Of a stretch of DNA of 64,000 nucleotides, positions 1 through 7,698 are shown piece after piece. Source of the stretch: Candidatus Krumholzibacteriia bacterium (lineage in GTDB: Bacteria > Krumholzibacteriota > Krumholzibacteriia > WVZY01); NCBI GenBank assembly GCA_046754105.1, contig JBHHVD010000001.1, positions 42,733 to 106,732 of the forward strand. Direction: 5' to 3'. The notes below the pieces were generated by a model. That model had not been told where the DNA came from. It searched no databases and saw only the letters and a program-made list of their open reading frames with translations. Each line of letters begins with the position of its first letter. Positions within the stretch are counted from its first letter, which is position 1. Made by a program: the position numbers and the translations under genes.

Positions 1-224
1 GCCCACCCCAGCGCGAGATAGACGAGGGGGGTCAGGTCGTCGAGAACCCGGTGGGAGATCAGGTTGAGAAACCGCGGACCCAGGAGGATACCGAGAAAAA
101 AATACTCTACGCCGGTGAGGAACAGTATCTTGATGGACAGCCGCGGCCTGGTCCTCGTCAGTAGTCCTTGAGAGGCGACGAACCCAATGACCACACAGAG
201 GGCGAGTGCCAGGATTGTCTTCAT
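1..224 (-). CDS. N-terminal part of a membrane transporter, cation/proton antiporter-like; the gene runs off the window
   Basis: The minus-strand ATG at 222-224 opens MKTILALALCVVIGFVASQG...FFLGILLGPRFLNLI. It is hydrophobic, and the GxLLGP segment resembles CPA-family antiporter N-termini. It is absent from the ORF track only because no stop falls inside the window. Confidence 0.4.
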   Translation of the reverse strand, partial: MKTILALALCVVIGFVASQGLLTRTRPRLSIKILFLTGVEYFFLGILLGPRFLNLISHRVLDDLTPLVYLALGW

Positions 225-266
225 GAAGCGACCATAGCAGCAACGCCCGCGTTCCGCACGGCCCGT

Positions 267-608
267 TTACTCCAGTTCGGGCATGAGACCGCGAACCTCA
301 TCCAGCTTTACGGTGAAGGCGATGCCCACGCCCGGCGCGCCCAGCGTGCCGCAAATCTCCTCGATCATGTCCAGCGATTCCTTGACCTTTTCCGGCTCTT
401 TTATCACGGAGAGAATCGTCTTGTTGTACGCGCTCGCCGCACTGAACAACGCCTGGAAGCCGGCGAAAATAGGCACTTCGCTGGCAAGCAGATGACCCAT
501 GCCCAGGCTGTCGATAATCGTCGAACCCGTTATACCGACTTCGAGATAGCCTTCGAGAACCTCTTCGAGCTTTTCGGGATTGTTGCATATGAAGACGAGA
601 AGGGTCAT
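267..608 (-). CDS. P-II (GlnB)-like small signalling protein
   Basis: 113 aa, MTLLVFICNNPEKLEEVLEGYLEVGITGSTIID..., consistent with a P-II-like fold. Immediately upstream of the transporter gene, as in SbtB-like pairings. The overlapping plus-strand ORF 168-731 is judged antisense. Confidence 0.5.
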   Translation of the reverse strand: MTLLVFICNNPEKLEEVLEGYLEVGITGSTIIDSLGMGHLLASEVPIFAGFQALFSAASAYNKTILSVIKEPEKVKESLDMIEEICGTLGAPGVGIAFTVKLDEVRGLMPELE

Positions 609-787
609 AAGGCAATGCCGTTTACAGCGTTAGGCCCCGACGATAGCTACCGGCGTGGCAGAAGTCAAGGCAAATGGACCCACGGTCGGCACCGGCGTGG
701 AGATCGGCGCCGCGCGTACGGGAAACTCTAGAAGGCGCCTCTTTTTCGTGCTATTTTAGTTTTTCTCGAATCAGCGAAAGGAAGAGA

Positions 788-3712
788 ATGAAACGCGTTA
801 TTCCGTTGATCCTGTGCGCGTCGCTTCTGTGGCCGGTGCGCGTCGCGTCGCAAGATTATTTTCAACAGTTTGTCCATTATACGATCAAGGTGCGCCTGGA
901 CACGCAGAACCACACGCTGACGGGGACGGAGTCCATCAACTACGTCAATAACTCGCCCGATACGCTCCGCCAGTTCTATCTTCATTTGTATCCCAACGCC
1001 TATCGCTCCAAAGAATCCGCGCTCATCAAGGACGTACGGCGCGGATTCAACGGCACCCTGTTCGACCTGCCCAATAAGCATCGGAGCCATCTCGGCGTCT
1101 CCGAAGTCACCATCGGCGGGCAACCCGTTGAGGTGGAAGTCGACGACACGATCGCCCGCATGGACCTGCCCGTCCCCCTTGCACCCGGACAGTCGATGGA
1201 AGTACGCCTTCGCTTTGAGGAGAAGATCCGGCGCCACGTGGGGCGCGCGGGATACAAGGGTAAGCACTATGATCTCGCACAGTGGTACCCCAAGGTCGTC
1301 GTCTACGACCAGAACGGTTTTCACCCGGACAAGTTCCGCGTGGGTGAATTTTACGGCGAGTTCGGCACTTTCGACGTCCACATCGAGGTACCGGCAAACT
1401 ACGTGATCGCGGCAACGGGCGTCGTCCGGGCCGGTGACCCCGGCTGGTCACTCAATCCCCCGGCCGGCGGGCGCGGCGCGGCGGGCGCAAACGACGCCGA
1501 TCCTGCAACCAAGACCGTCCATTTTCATGCAGAGGACGTGCACGACTTCGCCTGGAGTGCGGATCCGGACTTCGTCGTTCAGGACACGACCGTCGGCGAT
1601 GTCGAAATCCGCAGCTTCTATCGCAAACACAACAAGGCCTGGCGTGACAGCACGCTGGCACACGGCGTGAGGGCGATCGAATGGCTGTCGGAAAAGGTCG
1701 GGCTCTATCCCTACCCGCAGGTGAGCGTTGTCGACGCGCTGCTGCGGGGCGGCATGGAGTACCCCATGCTCGTGATGAACGGGAGGGTCAGCGAAGGGCT
1801 CGTCCTGCACGAGGTCGGGCATATCTATTTCTTCGGTATCTTCGGCAACGACGAGCGAGAGGAAGCGTGGCTCGACGAAGGATTCACGACGTTTCAGACC
1901 AGTTGGTACATGCAAGATCGTTACGGCCCCTACGGACCGACGCGTGAATGGAACTGGTACGATCGCCTCACGCCCCAGTTTACCGAACGGGGCCGGCTGC
2001 ACGATCGCGTCTTTCCGCTTCTCAGATTGGGCTACGGCGAACGTGTGTCAACGCGCGCGGAGGATTTCGAGCACGACTATTACACGATGGTCTATCGCAA
2101 GGCCGCGTTGATGTTTTTTGCGCTGCGCTACGTGGTCGGCGAGGAGACAATGGAGCGCATTCTCAAGAAGTACTTCGAGGAATGGAAGCTGAAGCACGTC
2201 AACGAGGAAAGATTTCGCAAGGTGTGCGAGGAGGTAAGCGGGCAGGATCTCGGGTGGTTTTTCGAAGAGTGGCTGCACACGAAGAAACTGTGCGACTACC
2301 GGCTGGCGGAAATGAAGTCGAGCGCCAGCGAGCGCGGCGACTCCTATACGACCCGCGTCAAGATCGAGAGGCTTGGAGAGATCATTATGCCGCTGGCGGT
2401 GGAGTTTACCTTCGCAGACGGCTCCACACAGACGGTGAGCGTTGACGGACGGCCCCGGACCATCAACAAGTCGTATAGTTTTCCGGAGAAAGCCGTCCGG
2501 GCGGCGATCAACCCCGCCAACGAAATAGCGGACATGAGCCCGTGGGACAACTTTGTGCCGCGGCGTCGGGCGCTGAGCGTCGACTGGCCGAACAACCATT
2601 ACTACCGGGAGGATGCTTACCAGATCCGCTATCGCCCCGCGGGCTGGTACAACGACATCGACGGGGGCAAGGCGGGCCTGCACCTGAGCGGCAGTTACGC
2701 GAACTGGTTCCGGCGGCTGAAGCTCGGGCTCTACTGGGGATTCAAGAGCGAGCGGCTCGATTTCTCGGCATCTTACCTGAAGCCGGTTCGGATCCTGGGC
2801 GCAAACGGCGGGCTCGGGTTGTCCGGATACAAGATGGAGGGGCGTAACGATTTCACGTTCCGCATGAACCTGAGGAAACGAAAGCAGCTGATCCACCCAC
2901 CCACGAAGGAGTTCGTGTTCGGGGTGAATTATCACGAGCTCACCAACACGCGATTCGTTTCCAACCCGGAAACCTACGAGAAGGGATCCGAGGTCGCCCC
3001 GTTTTTTGGACTCTCACTGGACCCGCAGTACGACGTGATGAGCACGAAATTCAACGTGGGGGTCAGATTCGGGCGGGAATGGTTCGGCGGCGATTTCAAG
3101 TACACTGCGCTGACCGCCTCCGCGGTGTTCAAGACCCGGACGTCGATCGTGCCGTTCGACGGCCGGCTGCGGTTGTTCGCCGGCAGCGTCAGCGGCAGCG
3201 TGCCGTTCCAGGAGAAACTTTCCCTGGCAGGGGGCGGCCCCCTGGCCGAGGAAAGGCGGTTTTTCCTGCGCAGCCCGGGCGCTATCTGGGACGAAGCGAA
3301 CTATCACGAGCCGGGCCACGGCAACCTCCGGGGCTACCGCGAGGGCACATTCGGAGTCAACAAGCTGGTGGCGCTGAACCTCGAGGTGGGACGCTCGCTT
3401 CCCCTTCTATCCGGCGCGGCCGACAAGCTGCTCGGCGCCGTCAAAGCGTACGCGTTTCTGGACATGGGCGCCACGGCGGACAGCGACAACCCTATCCTCA
3501 GCAGCCAGCGCGTGCAGGTGCTGGTGGACGGCGGCCTCCTGGACGAAGCGCTGGTGGACGCCGGGATCGGCTTTACTTTCCACAGAGTTTTTCCGTTTTA
3601 CGACGCTTTTGTGCGCTTCGACATTCCCTTTTACGTGAACAACCCGCAGCTCAACGGCGAGAGCAAAGAGACCGAGTACCGGTACGTGCTGAGTCTGACA
3701 TCGACGTTCTGA
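788..3712 (+). CDS. Secreted M1-family zinc metallopeptidase fused to a C-terminal Omp85/BamA-like outer-membrane beta-barrel
   Basis: Internal Met at 788 is preceded by the RBS gaaaggaag and opens a signal peptide, MKRVIPLILCASLLWPVRVASQ. M1 motifs are present: GGMEYPM (GxMEN-like), HEVGH, and WLDEGF 19 residues later. The last ~400 aa show alternating hydrophobic beta-strand patterns, an LRGY motif resembling Omp85 loop-6 (V/I)RG(F/Y), and a terminal ...LSLTSTF-COOH. Confidence 0.8.
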   Translation: MKRVIPLILCASLLWPVRVASQDYFQQFVHYTIKVRLDTQNHTLTGTESINYVNNSPDTLRQFYLHLYPNAYRSKESALIKDVRRGFNGTLFDLPNKHRSHLGVSEVTIGGQPVEVEVDDTIARMDLPVPLAPGQSMEVRLRFEEKIRRHVGRAGYKGKHYDLAQWYPKVVVYDQNGFHPDKFRVGEFYGEFGTFDVHIEVPANYVIAATGVVRAGDPGWSLNPPAGGRGAAGANDADPATKTVHFHAEDVHDFAWSADPDFVVQDTTVGDVEIRSFYRKHNKAWRDSTLAHGVRAIEWLSEKVGLYPYPQVSVVDALLRGGMEYPMLVMNGRVSEGLVLHEVGHIYFFGIFGNDEREEAWLDEGFTTFQTSWYMQDRYGPYGPTREWNWYDRLTPQFTERGRLHDRVFPLLRLGYGERVSTRAEDFEHDYYTMVYRKAALMFFALRYVVGEETMERILKKYFEEWKLKHVNEERFRKVCEEVSGQDLGWFFEEWLHTKKLCDYRLAEMKSSASERGDSYTTRVKIERLGEIIMPLAVEFTFADGSTQTVSVDGRPRTINKSYSFPEKAVRAAINPANEIADMSPWDNFVPRRRALSVDWPNNHYYREDAYQIRYRPAGWYNDIDGGKAGLHLSGSYANWFRRLKLGLYWGFKSERLDFSASYLKPVRILGANGGLGLSGYKMEGRNDFTFRMNLRKRKQLIHPPTKEFVFGVNYHELTNTRFVSNPETYEKGSEVAPFFGLSLDPQYDVMSTKFNVGVRFGREWFGGDFKYTALTASAVFKTRTSIVPFDGRLRLFAGSVSGSVPFQEKLSLAGGGPLAEERRFFLRSPGAIWDEANYHEPGHGNLRGYREGTFGVNKLVALNLEVGRSLPLLSGAADKLLGAVKAYAFLDMGATADSDNPILSSQRVQVLVDGGLLDEALVDAGIGFTFHRVFPFYDAFVRFDIPFYVNNPQLNGESKETEYRYVLSLTSTF

Positions 3713-3716
3713 GCAC

Positions 3717-4817
3717 CTACGCGAGGATTTCCTTGACCGAGGACGTCACGGCGTCAACCATCTCGTCGGTTAACTCGGGATACATCGGCAGTGAGAGGAT
3801 TTCATCGGAGGCTTGTTCCGCCACCGGAAAGTCGCCGCGCTCGAGTCCGAGGTGTTTGTAGGCCTCCTGAAGGTGGAGCGGCAACGGGTAGTGAATCCCG
3901 CACGCGATGTGCCGCACTTCCAGTTGCGTCAACAGTTTTTCCCTCTCCGGGGTCCGAACCACGTACAAATGGTAGACGTGACGGCAGTCCGGCGCTTCCC
4001 GTACCGGGCGGACCGGACCCTCGGCAAACGCTTCGTCGTACCGCTTCGCGCGGCTCCGCCGCAACTCGGTCCATTCGTCGAGGTGCCGCAGCTTGACGTC
4101 GAGGATTGCCGCCTGCAACGTGTCGAGACGATAGTTGAACCCTTCGCTGCGGTGGTTGTACTTGCCGTCGCGGCCGTGGTCGATGAGCATTCTCACGCGC
4201 GCCGCGAGCGTCTCGTCATCGGTTACCACCATACCGGCGTCACCGTAGGCCCCAAGATTCTTGCCCGGATAGAAGCTGTAGCACGAAACCTTGCCGTGGA
4301 TCCCCCGGCGGCTTCCCTTGAATTCCGCGCCGTGTGCCTGGGCCGCGTCCGAGACAATCGTGATTCCGTGCCGGTCGGCAACGGCGTGCAGCGCCTCCAT
4401 GTCCGCGCTCTGCCCGTAGAGATGAACGGGAATAATGGCCCGGGTGCGCGGCGTGATCGCCTCCTCCACTTTTTGCGGATCGATGTTCAGCGTGTCCGGC
4501 AGGACGTCGACCAGCACCGGCGCAGCCCCACTGTGACTAATGGCGGCTGTTGTCGCGATAAACGTGTTGCAGGCCGTAATCACCTCGTCTCCGCGCCCGA
4601 TGCCGAGCGCCTCCAGCGCTACGTGCAGCGCGGTCGTGCCGCTGCTCGTCCCTACCCCGAAGCCCGCTCCCACGTAGTGCGCGAAAGCGCTCTCGAACTC
4701 CTGGAGTTTCTCGCCGCCAACGAACCGCGTCGTTTCGAGGATCCTGCCTATCGCGGGGTCAATCTCGCCCCGGATGCTCTCGTACTGTGCCTTCAAGTCG
4801 ACAAAGGGAATCTTCAT
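3717..4817 (-). CDS. DegT/DnrJ/EryC1/StrS-family PLP-dependent sugar aminotransferase (ArnB-like)
   Basis: MKIPFVDLKAQYESIRGEID... has the typical N-terminus. The lysine-region SFYPGKNLGAYGDAG is present. 366 aa. Confidence 0.9.
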   Translation of the reverse strand: MKIPFVDLKAQYESIRGEIDPAIGRILETTRFVGGEKLQEFESAFAHYVGAGFGVGTSSGTTALHVALEALGIGRGDEVITACNTFIATTAAISHSGAAPVLVDVLPDTLNIDPQKVEEAITPRTRAIIPVHLYGQSADMEALHAVADRHGITIVSDAAQAHGAEFKGSRRGIHGKVSCYSFYPGKNLGAYGDAGMVVTDDETLAARVRMLIDHGRDGKYNHRSEGFNYRLDTLQAAILDVKLRHLDEWTELRRSRAKRYDEAFAEGPVRPVREAPDCRHVYHLYVVRTPEREKLLTQLEVRHIACGIHYPLPLHLQEAYKHLGLERGDFPVAEQASDEILSLPMYPELTDEMVDAVTSSVKEILA

Positions 4818-4978
4818 ATGTGGAATTAGCCTCTCGATGGGTCTGCGGGTCGCCGATATCGCCTGATAATCCTACCATATCGAGTACCTGCGGGCAACAC
4901 GCTCGCGCGTGGCGGCGGCGGTGGATTCAATTGACATGCCCGGCATCGGGCCGATACACTTTCAGTAAAGGGAGTTGA

Positions 4979-6205
4979 ATGACACCGGAACGGCGCACAA
5001 TTCTGGTTCTGTTTGCGATAGCCCTTGGCCTGCGTGTCCTGTACGCCGCGTTCGCCAGCACCCAGCCCGACATCATCACGGGCGCCGTCACCGGCGATCT
5101 CCTCTACGCCCGGGAAATCGTCGCGGGGCTCGACTGGATCAAGACTCCATACTCCCCGCTGGCCCCGGGTTACCCGGCGTTGCTAGCCATTCTTTACCTC
5201 CTGGCGTTCAAGCAACTGTGGCTGGTGCTGTTCTACCAGTCCGCCCTCGGTGCGGCGACCGTCCTGGTGCTCCATCGCATGGGGGTCGATCTTCTAGGCA
5301 AGACCATGGGCCTGGTGGCGGCAGTGTGGTTCGCCGGCGCCGTTCTCCATATGCAGTACACCAGTCTTTTCACGCGTGACGCTCTCGCCGTTTTCCTGCT
5401 GCTGCTGCTGCTATTCTTCGTTATCAGACCCCTGCGGAGAATGCGCTTCGGGCTCTTCACCGGCATCGTCTACGCGGCGTTGGTACATGTCGATCCTCAG
5501 TTCGTGCTGCTCTTTCCCCTTCTTGCCGTATTCATTCTTTTTTTCAAGAGCCGGCACAACATTCTGAACCTGCAGTATTTCTTCTTGTTCACCGCCGCGG
5601 TGTTCCTGGTGTCCGTCCCGTGGGCCGTTCGCAACCAGGTCGTTTACCGGCAGGCCGTGCCCATAGCATTGGAAGCTTCGAAATACTTTCGTCCGTTCAA
5701 GGTGTTTACAACCGAAGCGGACAAAACGGTGTCTCAAATCGAGAGGAAAATCAGCAGTGCGTCGCGCAGCCGCCGCGTCCAGACCAACACGACGGAGTTC
5801 TGGCGAGTCACAAGAACCGGTGAATCATCCGTTACGCCCACAGGCGACCGGCCGCCGGCCGAACCCGCCTGGTCGCTGCGACACAACCTGATCAGCGCGG
5901 TGAGTTACGGCCTGTTGCTACCGTTTTTCCTGCTTGGAATCATTCTGGCGGTACGGACGAGGAATCGCACGGCGTTGATGATCGTGGCAACGGCGTTGTA
6001 CTACTTCCTGATGAGAGCCTACCTGGGCGGGAGCGAACGAGCTCGTCTCGTCGCCGATCCGTTGATCGTGCTGGTCGCTTTCTACGGGGTGCTCTTCGTA
6101 ACGCGCAGGATGTTTTCTTTTCCACGCCCGGACGGCGAACGCGGTCAACAATCCTCACGGAGGTCGCGGCCGGTTATTTCGGGGGGCACGTCGACGCCCA
6201 TGTAG
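4979..6205 (+). CDS. GT39/ArnT/PMT-like polytopic membrane glycosyltransferase, paralogue 1 (no TPR tail)
   Basis: Multi-TM protein. Its AVRNQVVYRQAVPI segment aligns to LVRNYVVGRD(V/F)VPIASQGGVNF in the two GT39-TPR proteins at 21.6-25.5 kb. Divergent from the DegT aminotransferase. The 3' end overlaps gpmI convergently, so the exact stop is uncertain. Confidence 0.55.
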   Translation: MTPERRTILVLFAIALGLRVLYAAFASTQPDIITGAVTGDLLYAREIVAGLDWIKTPYSPLAPGYPALLAILYLLAFKQLWLVLFYQSALGAATVLVLHRMGVDLLGKTMGLVAAVWFAGAVLHMQYTSLFTRDALAVFLLLLLLFFVIRPLRRMRFGLFTGIVYAALVHVDPQFVLLFPLLAVFILFFKSRHNILNLQYFFLFTAAVFLVSVPWAVRNQVVYRQAVPIALEASKYFRPFKVFTTEADKTVSQIERKISSASRSRRVQTNTTEFWRVTRTGESSVTPTGDRPPAEPAWSLRHNLISAVSYGLLLPFFLLGIILAVRTRNRTALMIVATALYYFLMRAYLGGSERARLVADPLIVLVAFYGVLFVTRRMFSFPRPDGERGQQSSRRSRPVISGGTSTPM

Positions 6206-7698
6206 TGGCACATGGTCGGCGCGATTTCCTTCAGAGATCCCCCCTCGATCAGGTTGCCGTCGTACCGCTCATCGACCAGAATGCAGGGTACCGGGTTGGT
6301 GGTGTGCGCCGTGTGCGGCCCGCCCGTCTCGGGGTCGATCATCAACTCCGCGTTGCCGTGGTCCGCGGTCACGATCGCGGCGTCCCGCCCGGGGTCCAGC
6401 GCTTCGATCACCCGCCCGACACAGGTATCCACCGTCTCCACCGCCTCGATCGCCGCTTCGAGCACTCCGGTGTGGCCGACCATGTCGGGATTGGCGAAGT
6501 TACATACAACGTAGTCGTGGCGATTCTCCCCCAGTGTCTGGATCAGGGCCTCGGTGACCCCGAGGGCGCTCATGGCCGGTTGCAGGTCGTACGTCGCCAC
6601 GCTGGGAGACGGCACCAGGATCCGGTCCTCACCCTCGAACGGCTCTTCAACACCCCCGTTGAAGAAATAGGTGACGTGCGCGTATTTTTCCGTCTCAGCC
6701 AGACGGAATCCCGTGCGGCCCGCCGCCGCCGCCACCGCGCCGAGGATGTTTTTCATTCCGGCGCGTGGGAACGCGACGGGCAGTTTGAAGCGCTTATCGT
6801 AGGCGGTCATACAGACGAAATCGACCTCAGGCCTGGCCTCGCGCGTGAACCCGGTGAAGCCGGCCTCGGTGAAGGCCGCCGTCAATTGCCGTGCGCGGTC
6901 GGCGCGAAAGTTGAAGAAGATGATCGAGTCGCCGTCGCGAACGGTGCCAACCGGTTTGCCCTTGCCGTCGGTTACGACTATGGGCTCGACGAATTCATCG
7001 GTGACGTCCCTGTCGTAGGATTCCCGCAACGCCCCCTGGTAGTCGGTGACGCGCCGACCCCGGCCGGCGGTAAGCGCGTCGTAGCCTTTCTGGACCCGGT
7101 CCCAGCGTTTGTCCCGGTCCATGCAGTAGTAGCGCCCGCACACCGTCGCCACCCGGCCGAGTCGTGCCGCATCGAGTTCGTCCTGCAAATCGGAGAGATA
7201 CCGCGTTCCGGCGGTCGGCGAGGTGTCACGGCCATCGAGAAACGCGTGTACGCAAACGTCTCGTACGCCTCGGCGGCGGGCCATCTCCAGGAGCGCGTAG
7301 AGATGCTCCCGGGTGCTGTGTACGCCGCCGGTCGACAACAGGCCCATCAAGTGCAGGGTGCCGCGGTCCCCGACCGCGTCGCAGGCGCCGGTCAGCGCGC
7401 CGTTCTCGAAGAACTCACCGCTCTCGATCGCCCTGGATATCCGCATGATGTCCTGGTAAACCACGCGGCCGGCGCCGAGGTTGAGGTGGCCGACCTCGCT
7501 GTTTCCCATCTGGCCCGCGGGCAGACCTACTTCGGTACCCGACGGATCCAGCGTCGTGTGCGGATACCGATTCCACAGGCCGTCGACGATCGGTGTTGCG
7601 GCCTGCGCCACGGCGTTCGCTTGCCCGTCGGCCCTGAGGCCCCATCCGTCCATGATCAGTAGCACGATTCGTCGCTTCACTCTTTCCACCTTCTTCAC
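6145..7698 (-). CDS. gpmI: 2,3-bisphosphoglycerate-independent phosphoglycerate mutase
   Basis: LLIMDGWGLR...NSEVGHLNLGAGRVVYQD...ADHGNAE are canonical iPGM motifs. 517 aa. Confidence 0.95.
   Translation of the reverse strand: MKKVERVKRRIVLLIMDGWGLRADGQANAVAQAATPIVDGLWNRYPHTTLDPSGTEVGLPAGQMGNSEVGHLNLGAGRVVYQDIMRISRAIESGEFFENGALTGACDAVGDRGTLHLMGLLSTGGVHSTREHLYALLEMARRRGVRDVCVHAFLDGRDTSPTAGTRYLSDLQDELDAARLGRVATVCGRYYCMDRDKRWDRVQKGYDALTAGRGRRVTDYQGALRESYDRDVTDEFVEPIVVTDGKGKPVGTVRDGDSIIFFNFRADRARQLTAAFTEAGFTGFTREARPEVDFVCMTAYDKRFKLPVAFPRAGMKNILGAVAAAAGRTGFRLAETEKYAHVTYFFNGGVEEPFEGEDRILVPSPSVATYDLQPAMSALGVTEALIQTLGENRHDYVVCNFANPDMVGHTGVLEAAIEAVETVDTCVGRVIEALDPGRDAAIVTADHGNAELMIDPETGGPHTAHTTNPVPCILVDERYDGNLIEGGSLKEIAPTMCHYMGVDVPPEITGRDLREDC

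Noticed and set aside
168-731. 187-aa plus-strand ORF at the left edge
   Set aside because: Overlaps the minus-strand P-II-like gene, and its product is Arg/His-rich with no features. The minus-strand gene was chosen.
6205-7662. 485-aa plus-strand ORF
   Set aside because: Antisense to the unambiguous gpmI gene.
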